A stretch of 41,779 nucleotides of DNA. Source: Phycisphaerae bacterium (GTDB lineage: Bacteria; Planctomycetota; Phycisphaerae; UBA1845; Fen-1342). This document shows positions 1-8,414 of this stretch, in pieces (within the stretch, counting starts at the first letter, position 1; every line of letters starts with the position of its first letter). A program made the translations under genes and the position numbers. Location: contig JASFQK010000049.1 in the NCBI GenBank assembly GCA_050115495.1, forward strand, positions 1-41,779, given 5' to 3'. Under the pieces are notes generated by a model, which saw only the letters and a list, made by a program, of their open reading frames with translations, did not search any database and was not told the DNA's origin.

Positions 1-234
1 CTCGCCCGGCGAATCGTCTTCGCCGCTGGCCAGTACTTCACCCAACGTTACACCATCTGGAAGCAAAACGGCCGCCAGCCGGCGTCACCTCCCGCCAACC
101 ACCCCCAGCCGCCGCCACGCTCCTGGCTCCCCCGCCTCCTCGCCACCCTCCTGCCCCGCCGACAACCACCCCCAACACCCCCCATCTCCACCAGGAGATC
201 AGCCCGCCGCAAACGTGCGAACGCGCGCACATAG
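1..234 (+). CDS. 3' end of a gene entering from the left edge (Pro/Arg-rich tail), product unknown
   Basis: Frame 1 is open from base 1 (LARRIVFAAGQYFTQRYTIWKQ...RRKRANART) to TAG at 232-234 and is followed by a repeat-rich intergenic region. Confidence 0.45.
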   Translation, partial: LARRIVFAAGQYFTQRYTIWKQNGRQPASPPANHPQPPPRSWLPRLLATLLPRRQPPPTPPISTRRSARRKRANART

Positions 235-253
235 AGCGTTGCGTGTCGGTCGA

Positions 254-279
254 CGTCGGCCACGGGGGGCCGACGCTAC
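254..279 (-). repeat. GTAG-type REP-like hairpin
   Basis: Minus strand reads GTAG-CGTCGGCC-CCCCGT-GGCCGACG (8-bp stem); a related copy lies at 10207-10232. Confidence 0.6.
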
Positions 280-293
280 GGGACGGCGTTCGC

Positions 294-323
294 CACACTG
301 GTGGGCAAGCCACCAGTGGCACC
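294..323. repeat. CACTG...CAGTGGCAC palindromic repeat (family B)
   Basis: CACACTGGTGGGCAAGCCACCAGTGGCACC; related copies at 441-464, 10252-10281 (degenerate) and 34106-34129. Confidence 0.6.
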
Positions 324-440
324 GGACGCCGGCATGTCTGTCTCCCGCGCAGACGCCCATACCCGCACGTTGTGGGACATGCCACACGCCGGGAGCCGCG
401 GTTGCCACGAGGGCCAGGCGGGCCCCGGGAATTCCGACCG

Positions 441-464
441 CACTGCTCAAGAGCAGTGGCACAC
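441..464. repeat. Palindromic repeat (family B), identical to the copy inside argS
   Basis: CACTGCTC-AA-GAGCAGTG-GCACAC; 24/24 identical to 34106-34129. Confidence 0.75.
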
Positions 465-508
465 TCGGCGCATCGCTCGCAAACGGGGAAAGGGCGTCGA
501 TCCCCTGC

Positions 509-536
509 TTCTGACTCCTGGCTCCTGACTTCTGAC
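509..536. repeat. Heptamer tandem repeat (4 x TYCTGRC)
   Basis: TTCTGAC TCCTGGC TCCTGAC TTCTGAC. Confidence 0.7.
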
Positions 537-571
537 TCCCCTCTTCCCGACCGCGCAGCGGGCGGCGGAGG

Positions 572-1180
572 TCACGGCATGATCGCCAGCGAAGCGCCGG
601 TCGTATCGGAGGTATTCACGGCCAGGGGCTCGGTCTCGCCGGGCGCGGCGGGATAGTACCACGTGCCGTCCACCGAGACCACGAGCACCGCCAGCAGATC
701 GGGAACGTAAGCGGTTTCGAGATACGTCGCGCCGTCGGGCAGGAAGCTGCCGGCGTGGAACGAGGCTTCGAGCAGCCCCGCGCCGTCATGGACCCGCACG
801 GCGTACCAGCGAAGCGGCCACTCGCCGTCCAGCGGCGTGCCCGTCTCGCTCAGCAGGCCGACCAGCGTGCCCCGCGACAGGTCCGGACACGGACCACGCA
901 CGGGGGCGACGCTCGCCAGAACTTCCCAATCTTTCGGCGTGCGGATCTGAATGAGCCCGAATCGGCGGGCCAAGGGCTGATAAAGATGGCGGAGGGCGGA
1001 CGCCTGGGTCACGATACAGCGCTGGGCCCCGTCCGGCCGCCGCGGCGGGGCCGATTCGAGCGCCGCGGCGCTGATCGTCCGCGGGGCAGGTCCGGTACAA
1101 CCGCCCGCCAGAAGAGCCAGCAGCACCGCCGAGGCGGTGAGCGGTCCCGGTCGCCTGGTCTGCTTGCCAACGCGGCTCAC
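572..1180 (-). CDS. Hypothetical lipoprotein (~202 aa)
   Basis: C-terminal part of ORF 572..2998. Likely GTG start at 1180 gives a basic N-region, a hydrophobic stretch and a lipobox-like LAGGC. The rest of the long ORF is antisense to ald and the adaptor gene. Confidence 0.65.
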   Translation of the reverse strand: MSRVGKQTRRPGPLTASAVLLALLAGGCTGPAPRTISAAALESAPPRRPDGAQRCIVTQASALRHLYQPLARRFGLIQIRTPKDWEVLASVAPVRGPCPDLSRGTLVGLLSETGTPLDGEWPLRWYAVRVHDGAGLLEASFHAGSFLPDGATYLETAYVPDLLAVLVVSVDGTWYYPAAPGETEPLAVNTSDTTGASLAIMP

Positions 1181-1267
1181 GAGGCTTAACCTCCGCAGTT
1201 TCGCCGGGGTCGCGCAGCGACCCCGGGCGGTATATCGACCAAGCAGGTAGCGTGCAGGAGTTCGCGG

Positions 1268-2380
1268 ATGATTGTCGGCGTCCCTAAAGAGATCAAAACG
1301 CAGGAATATCGGGTTGCGGTCACCCCAGCGGGCGTGGAACAGTTGCGGCGACAGAAGCACACGGTTCTGGTGGAGACCGGCGCCGGCGTCGGATCCGGGT
1401 TCACCGACGAGAATTATCAGGCCCTGGGCGCCGAGATCGTCAGTACGGCGGACGAGGTCTGGAAGCGGGCCGAGCTGATCTGCAAGGTCAAAGAGCCCCT
1501 GCCCGTCGAGATCGGCAAGATCCGCGAGCGGCAGGTCGTCTTCACCTACTTCCACTTCGCGGCCGACCAGGCCCTCACCGAAGGCGTGCGGGACTCGGGC
1601 TGCGTGGCGATCGCCTACGAGACGATCACCGACGCCCAGCGACACCTGCCCCTGCTGGCCCCCATGAGCGAAGTCGCCGGCAAGATGAGCATCCAGGAAG
1701 GCGCCAAGTACCTCGAAAAGCCCATGGAAGGCCGCGGCATTCTGCTCGGCGGCATCCCCGGGGTCGAGCCGGCAAACGTGGTCGTGCTGGGCGGTGGCAT
1801 TGTCGGCACCTGTGCGGCGCGGCTCGCCGCCGGTCTCGGCGCCCGCGTGGCCCTGATGGACATCGACCTGTACCGGCTGCGCTACCTCGACGAGGTCATG
1901 CCGGCCAACGTCTGCACGGTGTACAGCTCGCCGGACTCGATCCGCCGACACCTGGCCGAGGCCGACCTCGTGATCGGGGCGGTGCTGATTCCGGGTGCGC
2001 GGTGTCCGCGACTGGTGCCGCGTGAATACCTGAAGCTGATGAAGCCCGGCTCGGTGATCGTGGACGTGGGCGTCGACCAGGGCGGCTGCTGCGAAACGAC
2101 CAAGCCGACGACGCACGAGAAGCCGACGTACGTCGTGGACGGCGTGGTGCACTACGGCGTGGCCAACATGCCCGGCGCCGTCGGGCGGACGAGCACGATC
2201 GGCCTGACGAACGCGACGATTCCCTATCTGGTCAAGCTGGCCAGCCTCGGGTTTGAGAAGGCAGCCGCGCTGGACCCGGGTCTGGCCGAAGGCATCAACA
2301 TGACCTACGGGAAGGTGACGAACCAGCCCGTGGCCGAGGCGTTCGACCTGAAGTACGAACCCTACACGCTGCCGAAGTAG
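1268..2380 (+). CDS. ald: Alanine dehydrogenase
   Basis: MIVGVPKEIK..EYRV N-terminus, KVKEP, GGGIVG NAD-binding motif, HYGVANMPGAV; AGGAG RBS upstream. Confidence 0.97.
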   Translation: MIVGVPKEIKTQEYRVAVTPAGVEQLRRQKHTVLVETGAGVGSGFTDENYQALGAEIVSTADEVWKRAELICKVKEPLPVEIGKIRERQVVFTYFHFAADQALTEGVRDSGCVAIAYETITDAQRHLPLLAPMSEVAGKMSIQEGAKYLEKPMEGRGILLGGIPGVEPANVVVLGGGIVGTCAARLAAGLGARVALMDIDLYRLRYLDEVMPANVCTVYSSPDSIRRHLAEADLVIGAVLIPGARCPRLVPREYLKLMKPGSVIVDVGVDQGGCCETTKPTTHEKPTYVVDGVVHYGVANMPGAVGRTSTIGLTNATIPYLVKLASLGFEKAAALDPGLAEGINMTYGKVTNQPVAEAFDLKYEPYTLPK

Positions 2381-2488
2381 GAAATAACCTCGCGGGTGCG
2401 GCGAATGAAAAGATAACGCGGGTGGGGTGCAGGTTCTGGTGCGCGCCACGGACCGCCGATCAGCGAGGCCGTGGAGAGAGGGCCAGCG

Positions 2489-3859
2489 ATGAGGAAATGG
2501 ATTATCCTGTTCGTAATCGTCGGCGTGATCGTCGGCGGGTGGCTCTACTTCCGCAACTACTACCGCTACGTACCGGTCTGGTACCAGCCCAAGTTCGGCC
2601 TCGTCTCGCAAGGTGACATCCGTGTGCCGATCTCCGCGGCGGGGCTGATTGAACCGAACCAGCGCATCGAGGTGAAGTCGAAGGCCTCCGGCGAAGTGAT
2701 CGAGCGGCCGGTGGACGAGGGGAAGTACGTCCATCAGGGCGACGTGCTGCTGGTGCTGAAGAAGGACGATGAGCAACGCCGGTTCGACGGGGCCCAGGCG
2801 GAGCTGGACCGAGCCAAGGCCCTGCACGCCCAGGCACTCATCGCCATCGAGCGGGCCGAGGCAAACATCATCGTGGCCGACGCCGAAGTCGCCCAGCTCA
2901 CCGCCCGTTGCGAGAGCAGCGAGTACGACCTGAACAAGGCGAAAGGCGCGCCGGCCGGCGCATACAGCCCGCAGGAGCTGCTGAACCTGCGGGTGCAAAA
3001 CGACGTGAACCTAGCCCAGAAGCAGGCCGCCGAGGCCCGAGCGACGATCGCCCGCAACGCGCTCGGCGAGGCCAGGGAGAGCGTCAAGCTCCAGGATGCG
3101 GCCGTGCGCGTGGCCACCACGAACCTGGGCGACGCGCAGGAGCGGCTGTCGGAGACGACGATCCTGGCCAAGTACGACGCCCTGGTGACCGACGTGCGAG
3201 TCAAGATCAGCGAGGTGATCCTGTCCGGCACGACGTCCCTGACCGGCGGCACGGTCGTCATGTACCTGGCCGACGTGTCGAAGAAGAAAGTGATCGCCCG
3301 CGTCGACGAATCGAACTACGGCCGGATCCTGAGGGTGTCGCCGATCGACTCGCTGCCGGAGACGCCTGGGTTGCGCGAGGCGGCGCTGGCGTCGGCGGCG
3401 GAGATGACCGAACGCTCCGGCAAGGTGCAGCTCACCGTGGACGCGTTTCCCGAGGACACCTTCGAGGGCGTCATCGAGCGCGTCGAGCCGCAGGGCAAGC
3501 TGAACCAGGGGGCGGCGATCATCCAGTACGACGTCCACGTGGAGATCACCGATCCGCGCGTGGCCGAGCTGCCGCTCGGGGCGCAGGCCCAGGTGGAATT
3601 CACGGTGGAGAGCGCGAACAACGTTCTGCGGGTGCCGGCGGAGGCGGTGCAGACCTACCAGGCACAGCGCGGCGTGTGGCTCGACGTCCCGCCCGAGCCG
3701 GGCTCGAACGAGCAGTGGGGCCGCAAGTTCATACCCTGCCGGTTCGGCATCACCGACGGCGAGTTCACGCAGGTGGTCGAGGTGCTGGGCGACACGCCGC
3801 TGAACAAGGGCGCCAAGATCTACACGAAGCTGCCGCGTGAACCGAACGAGGACGATTGA
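2489..3859 (+). CDS. Efflux periplasmic adaptor (HlyD/MacA-like membrane fusion protein)
   Basis: N-terminal TM anchor, lipoyl-like half-motif (VKSKASGEV..V.EG..V..GD.L), long coiled coil, C-terminal beta-barrel (GAQAQVEF..VLRVPAEAV, GITDG). Confidence 0.9.
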   Translation: MRKWIILFVIVGVIVGGWLYFRNYYRYVPVWYQPKFGLVSQGDIRVPISAAGLIEPNQRIEVKSKASGEVIERPVDEGKYVHQGDVLLVLKKDDEQRRFDGAQAELDRAKALHAQALIAIERAEANIIVADAEVAQLTARCESSEYDLNKAKGAPAGAYSPQELLNLRVQNDVNLAQKQAAEARATIARNALGEARESVKLQDAAVRVATTNLGDAQERLSETTILAKYDALVTDVRVKISEVILSGTTSLTGGTVVMYLADVSKKKVIARVDESNYGRILRVSPIDSLPETPGLREAALASAAEMTERSGKVQLTVDAFPEDTFEGVIERVEPQGKLNQGAAIIQYDVHVEITDPRVAELPLGAQAQVEFTVESANNVLRVPAEAVQTYQAQRGVWLDVPPEPGSNEQWGRKFIPCRFGITDGEFTQVVEVLGDTPLNKGAKIYTKLPREPNEDD

Positions 3860-3877
3860 TAACGGAGCGTCGTAGCG

Positions 3878-5095
3878 GTGCCGCTGATCGATATCCGCCG
3901 GCTGAAGAAGCAATATCGCATGGGCACGTCCGTCGTGCGGGCCCTCGACGGCGTGGATTTGGCCATCGAGCGCGGCGAGTTCGTCGCCATCACCGGGGCG
4001 TCGGGCAGCGGCAAGAGCACGATCATGCACCTGGTCGGCTGCCTGGACCGGCCGACCAGCGGGCGGATCATCTTCGACGGCCGCGACGTCAGCGCCCTGA
4101 CCGACCGGCAACTGGCCGACGTCCGCAATCAGCAGATCGGCTTCGTCTTCCAGACCTTCAACCTGATCAACCGCACGTCGGCGCTAGAGAACACGGCGGT
4201 GCCGCTGTTCTACGCCCGTAAGCGGAACACGACCTCGGCCGCGCGCAAGGCACTGGAGCGCGTCGGCCTGGCCGAGCGGGCCACCCACCGCTCGAACGAG
4301 CTTTCCGGCGGCGAACGGCAGCGCGTGGCCATCGCCCGAGCGATCGTGAACGACCCCCTGCTGCTGCTGGCCGACGAACCGACGGGCAACCTCGACTCGC
4401 GGACCGGCCAGCAGATCATGGACCTGTTCCGCGCGTTGAACGCGCAGGGCGTGACGATCGTGCTGGTCACGCACGAGTACGACGTCGCCATTCAGACCCA
4501 GCGGATTGTGCAGATGCGGGACGGGCTGATCACCGCCGACCGGCCGGTGGCGCAGGTCCTGCGCGAGGACGGCGACCGCCTGCCGCTGCAAGCCCGGACG
4601 GCACTGAACGTCGACGAGGCCGCACCGCCGCCAGCGGCGGCGGTCGTGGCGGCCCGACCGTTCGACCTGGCCGCGGACCTCGAAGCCGACCTGGAGCCGC
4701 CGAAGATGGCCGGCGGGGCCAACGGAGCCCTGACCGTCGGCCTGATCGCGATGCTGCTGTGGGCCGGAGCACAGGCCATGGGGCTCTGGTTGCAGGCCTC
4801 GGGTTTCAACCCCAAGGGCCTCGAACCGGAAGAGATCATGCGGCGGATGCCGCCGGGGTACATGGTCAAGGGGCTGATCGCCGGCCTGGGGACGCTGGTG
4901 GGCCTGGTCCTGGGGGTCATCGCGATCGTGGTCGGCTGGCGGGTACGCCGGTGGATTCGACGGGAACCGGGCAACTGGGCGGGCGGCAGCCGGGCCTTGA
5001 CAGGGATGATCATGGGCTGGGTGGCCGTTCTGGCCCCGGTCGTGCTCCCCCTGGGGCGGATGGCCCTGAAGGCCCTCCTGGGCTCGGGATCCTGA
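3878..5095 (+). CDS. LolD/MacB-type ABC ATPase with C-terminal membrane (DUF4190-like) extension
   Basis: Walker A GASGSGKS, IGFVFQTFNL, signature LSGGERQRVAIARA, LLADEPTGNLD, VTH; ~170 extra residues with three hydrophobic segments. Confidence 0.9.
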   Translation: MPLIDIRRLKKQYRMGTSVVRALDGVDLAIERGEFVAITGASGSGKSTIMHLVGCLDRPTSGRIIFDGRDVSALTDRQLADVRNQQIGFVFQTFNLINRTSALENTAVPLFYARKRNTTSAARKALERVGLAERATHRSNELSGGERQRVAIARAIVNDPLLLLADEPTGNLDSRTGQQIMDLFRALNAQGVTIVLVTHEYDVAIQTQRIVQMRDGLITADRPVAQVLREDGDRLPLQARTALNVDEAAPPPAAAVVAARPFDLAADLEADLEPPKMAGGANGALTVGLIAMLLWAGAQAMGLWLQASGFNPKGLEPEEIMRRMPPGYMVKGLIAGLGTLVGLVLGVIAIVVGWRVRRWIRREPGNWAGGSRALTGMIMGWVAVLAPVVLPLGRMALKALLGSGS

Positions 5096-5136
5096 CGGGG
5101 GCCGGGGGAACGCTACCGGAAGGGGTTTCGGGCGCG

Positions 5137-5165
5137 TTGCGAATCGGGCGGACAGGGTCTATACT
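5137..5165 (+). promoter_or_regulatory. sigma70-like promoter of rpsO-pnp
   Basis: TTGCGA-17 bp-TATACT about 90 bp upstream of rpsO. Confidence 0.65.
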
Positions 5166-5180
5166 AACGCGATTGGAACA

Positions 5181-5229
5181 GGGTGTTTCGGCAGGTCCTT
5201 GCCCGAGGGCCCAGGCTGGAGCACGACCC
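5181..5229 (+). promoter_or_regulatory. Candidate structured rpsO 5' leader
   Basis: GUGUUUCGGC (5183-5192) pairs fully with GCUGGAGCAC (5215-5224) using three G-U pairs; inner stem GGUCCU/AGGGCC. Confidence 0.45.
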
Positions 5230-5254
5230 GAGTTAAGAAGTAGAGGAACGGGCT

Positions 5255-5524
5255 ATGCCATTGACCCAGGAGAAGAAGACCGCGCTGTTGCAGGATCATC
5301 AGCGGCACGAGAAGGACACCGGATCCGCGGAGATTCAGATTGCTCTGCTCACTCAGCGGATCACCCAACTCACCGAGCATCTCAAGCAGCACAAGAAGGA
5401 CCACTCTTCGCGACGCGGCCTGCTCAAGATGGTGGGCAAGCGTTCGGCGCTGCTCAAGTACCTGTCGCGTACCAAGCGCGAGCGGTACTTGGCGACGATC
5501 GCCAAGCTCGGTCTGCGGAAGTAA
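5255..5524 (+). CDS. rpsO: 30S ribosomal protein S15
   Basis: [41 protein letters not shown]; 89 aa; lies upstream of pnp. Confidence 0.99.
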   Translation: MPLTQEKKTALLQDHQRHEKDTGSAEIQIALLTQRITQLTEHLKQHKKDHSSRRGLLKMVGKRSALLKYLSRTKRERYLATIAKLGLRK

Positions 5525-5727
5525 ACAATCGTTCCGTACAGGTTCGAGAATCGACTGGTCATTCGTTACGCCCGGGAGGCCGGGCCTCCGGACTGCGGGT
5601 GCGTTGCGCCCGACGGGGGACGCTGTCGTCGCTGGCGGTGGATGGACAGGCAGGAACGGATAGTTGATACAGTTGGACGGACAAGACAAGTTGTCGGCAG
5701 AGAAAAGAAAGTTGGCAGAGGCAGGAA

Positions 5728-7824
5728 ATGACGTTTAAGGTTGAACGCGAGATCGGCGGGGGCACTCTTTCCATCGAAACAGGCAAACTAGCGAAGCAGG
5801 CGACGGGAGCGACAGTCGTACGGTTCGGAGAGACGATGGTGCTCGGCACCGTGGTCACGGCCGACCCGCGGCCGGGAATCGATTTCTTCCCCCTCACAGT
5901 GGACTACCGCGAGAAAATGTCCGCCGCGGGCCGATTCCCCGGCGGGTTCTTCAAGCGCGAAGGCCGACCGACGGCCAAGGAGATTCTCACCAGCCGCATG
6001 ATCGACCGGCCCTTGCGGCCCCTCTTCCCCGAGGACTTCAAGAACGAAGTTCAGATCCAGGTCATGGTCCTCTCGGTCGACACCGAGAACGACCCCGACG
6101 TGCTCGGCATGGTCGCGGCGGCGGCCGCGGTCGCGATTTCGGGCGTGCCCTTCGAGAAACCGATCGCGGCAGTGCGCGTCGGCCGGATCGACGGCCGCTT
6201 CGTCATCAACCCGACGCGCTCGCAGATGGAGTACTCCGACCTGGACATGGTGCTCGCCGGGCACCAGCAGGACGTGAACATGATCGAGGTCGGTTGCCGC
6301 GAGCTCTCCGAGCAGGTGGTCGCCGAGGCCGTGGAGTTCGGACACAAGTACGGCATCCAGCCGATCTGCATGATGATCGAGGAGCTGAAGCGGCACGCCG
6401 GTAAGGAATGCACCTGGGAGGCGCCCGAGGCGAACGCTGCTTTCCTCGATGAGATCCGGACCAAGATCTGGGACGACATGAAGGCAGCGAAGTCCATCCC
6501 TGGCAAGGCGGAGCGCAAGGAAGCGGTCCGGGCCATCTGCCAGCGCGTGCTCGCCGAGTACTGTCCGGAGGACGTCGTCAAGCCGGAGCACACGCCGTCG
6601 CAGGTGAAGGAAGCCCTGGACCGCATCGAGCGGCGCCTGGTCCGCGAGCGCATCCTGAACGACCGCACGCGGCCGGACGGTCGCGGCCTCGAAGAGATCC
6701 GCCCGATCTCCGCCGATGTGAAGTGGCTGCCGCGCGTGCACGGCTCGGCGTTGTTCTCGCGCGGCGAGACCCAGGCCATGGTGACCTGCACGCTGGGCAC
6801 CTCGCGCGACGAGCAGATCATCGACGACCTCGTCGAGGAGTACAGCAAGAAGTTCCTGCTGCACTACAACTTCCCCCCGTTCTCGGTGGGCGAGGCCCGG
6901 CGCATCATGGGCCCCGGCCGCCGGGAGATCGGTCACGGGGCGCTCGCCGAGCGCAGTCTCGAAGCCGTGCTGCCCTCGCCTGATGACTTCCCCTACACCA
7001 TACGTCTGGTCAGCGACATTCTGGAGTCGAATGGTTCGAGTTCGATGGCCACGGTGTGCGGCGGTTCGCTGAGCCTCATGGACGCCGGCGTGCCCGTGAC
7101 CGGCGCCGTCGCCGGCATCTCCGTCGGCCTGGTCGAGGAGAACGGCCAGCACGTGCTGCTGGCGGACATCCTCGGCGAAGAAGACCACTTCGGCGACATG
7201 GACTTCAAGGTCGCCGGCACCACCAAAGGCATCACCGGTGTTCAGCTCGACCTCAAGTCACAAGGACTCAAGCAGTCGATTCTCGAGGCCGCACTGGCAC
7301 TGGCGTTGAAGTGTCGGCAACACATCCTGTCGGAAATGGGCAAGGCCATCGCCGAACCACGCCCAGAAGTCAGCCCCAACGCCCCGCGGCTGATCACGAT
7401 GAAGATCAACCCGGACAAGATCGGCAAGCTTATCGGTCCGGGCGGCAAGTCGATCAAGGCCATTCAGGCCGAGACCGGCGCGCAGATCGACATCGAGGAC
7501 GACGGCACGGTGTTCATCTCCTGCCTCAACGCGGAGAAGGCCAAGGCGGCGCAGGAAGCCGTCGCCCGCATCACCGAAGACGTCGAAGTGGGTCGGCTGT
7601 ACAAGGGACGCGTCACCAGTATCAAGGACTTCGGCGCGTTCATCGAAGTCCAGCCGGGCCAGGACGGCCTTTGCCACATCAGCGAATTGGCAGCAGATTA
7701 CGTGAAATCTGTTTCCGATGTTGTGAAGATCGGCGATATTGTTAAAGTGAAGGTCATCGCCATCGACGAACACGGCCGCGTGAAGCTGTCGCGGAAGGCG
7801 GCGTTGAAGGAGGATGGCGAGTAG
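5728..7824 (+). CDS. pnp: Polyribonucleotide nucleotidyltransferase (PNPase)
   Basis: ETGKLAKQA, DFFPLTVDYRE, RREIGHG, SNGSSSMA, DHFGDMDFKVAGT, followed by KH and S1 domains. Confidence 0.99.
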   Translation: MTFKVEREIGGGTLSIETGKLAKQATGATVVRFGETMVLGTVVTADPRPGIDFFPLTVDYREKMSAAGRFPGGFFKREGRPTAKEILTSRMIDRPLRPLFPEDFKNEVQIQVMVLSVDTENDPDVLGMVAAAAAVAISGVPFEKPIAAVRVGRIDGRFVINPTRSQMEYSDLDMVLAGHQQDVNMIEVGCRELSEQVVAEAVEFGHKYGIQPICMMIEELKRHAGKECTWEAPEANAAFLDEIRTKIWDDMKAAKSIPGKAERKEAVRAICQRVLAEYCPEDVVKPEHTPSQVKEALDRIERRLVRERILNDRTRPDGRGLEEIRPISADVKWLPRVHGSALFSRGETQAMVTCTLGTSRDEQIIDDLVEEYSKKFLLHYNFPPFSVGEARRIMGPGRREIGHGALAERSLEAVLPSPDDFPYTIRLVSDILESNGSSSMATVCGGSLSLMDAGVPVTGAVAGISVGLVEENGQHVLLADILGEEDHFGDMDFKVAGTTKGITGVQLDLKSQGLKQSILEAALALALKCRQHILSEMGKAIAEPRPEVSPNAPRLITMKINPDKIGKLIGPGGKSIKAIQAETGAQIDIEDDGTVFISCLNAEKAKAAQEAVARITEDVEVGRLYKGRVTSIKDFGAFIEVQPGQDGLCHISELAADYVKSVSDVVKIGDIVKVKVIAIDEHGRVKLSRKAALKEDGE

Positions 7825-7841
7825 AAGACAACAGATCGCGC

Positions 7842-7860
7842 GGGGCGCCCCTGGCGCCCC
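7842..7860 (+). terminator. GC-rich hairpin after pnp (possible terminator or stabiliser)
   Basis: GGGGCGCC-CCT-GGCGCCCC; no clear U-tract. Confidence 0.35.
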
Positions 7861-8064
7861 CGATGATTGATGACATTCGGGCGTCATAGGACGAGTACCC
7901 GACCACCGGCGGCTACCTTTCGCCTGCCATTGGCCGCTCGGGATCGGGCGCGGTTCACCGGGTGCTGGTGCCCGGTGCTCGTCCGGGGAAGTGGGTCCGG
8001 CGGCAGGCGGACACATCTTGCAGGCCGCATCACACACACGTCTGCGCGGCAATCGGAGGTCGTC

Positions 8065-8280
8065 ATGACGACCGGGACCGTGAAGTGGTTCGACGCGAAG
8101 AAAGGGTATGGCTTCATCCTCGGGCCGGATGGGGAAGACGTCTTCGTACACTATTCGAGTATCGAAGAGGAAGGGTTCCGGGCCTTGCGTGAGGGCGAAA
8201 AGGTCGAGTACGAATTGCTGAAGACCCCCAAGGGGTTGCAAGCCAATCACGTACATCCGCCGCAGCGGGTGTCGGGTTAG
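8065..8280 (+). CDS. Cold-shock domain protein (CspA family)
   Basis: [25 protein letters not shown] (RNP1/RNP2); GGAGG RBS before ATG at 8065. Confidence 0.96.
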   Translation: MTTGTVKWFDAKKGYGFILGPDGEDVFVHYSSIEEEGFRALREGEKVEYELLKTPKGLQANHVHPPQRVSG

Positions 8281-8414
8281 ACGGCGTGCGACGGGGGAAC
8301 GTGGGCCGGGCAATGGTGCCCGACCCTCCGCAATCGTGAGGGCCGGACGGCGCAAAAGGTTGGTGGGGGAAATCTTGGCTTGCCGCGCGGTAGTAACGTA
8401 GTAATAGGTGCGTC

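Noticed and set aside
1181..2998. N-terminal ~600 aa of the 808-aa minus-strand ORF 572..2998
   Set aside because: Antisense shadow of ald and the adaptor gene in GC-rich DNA; only the part from ~1180 down looks like a real lipoprotein
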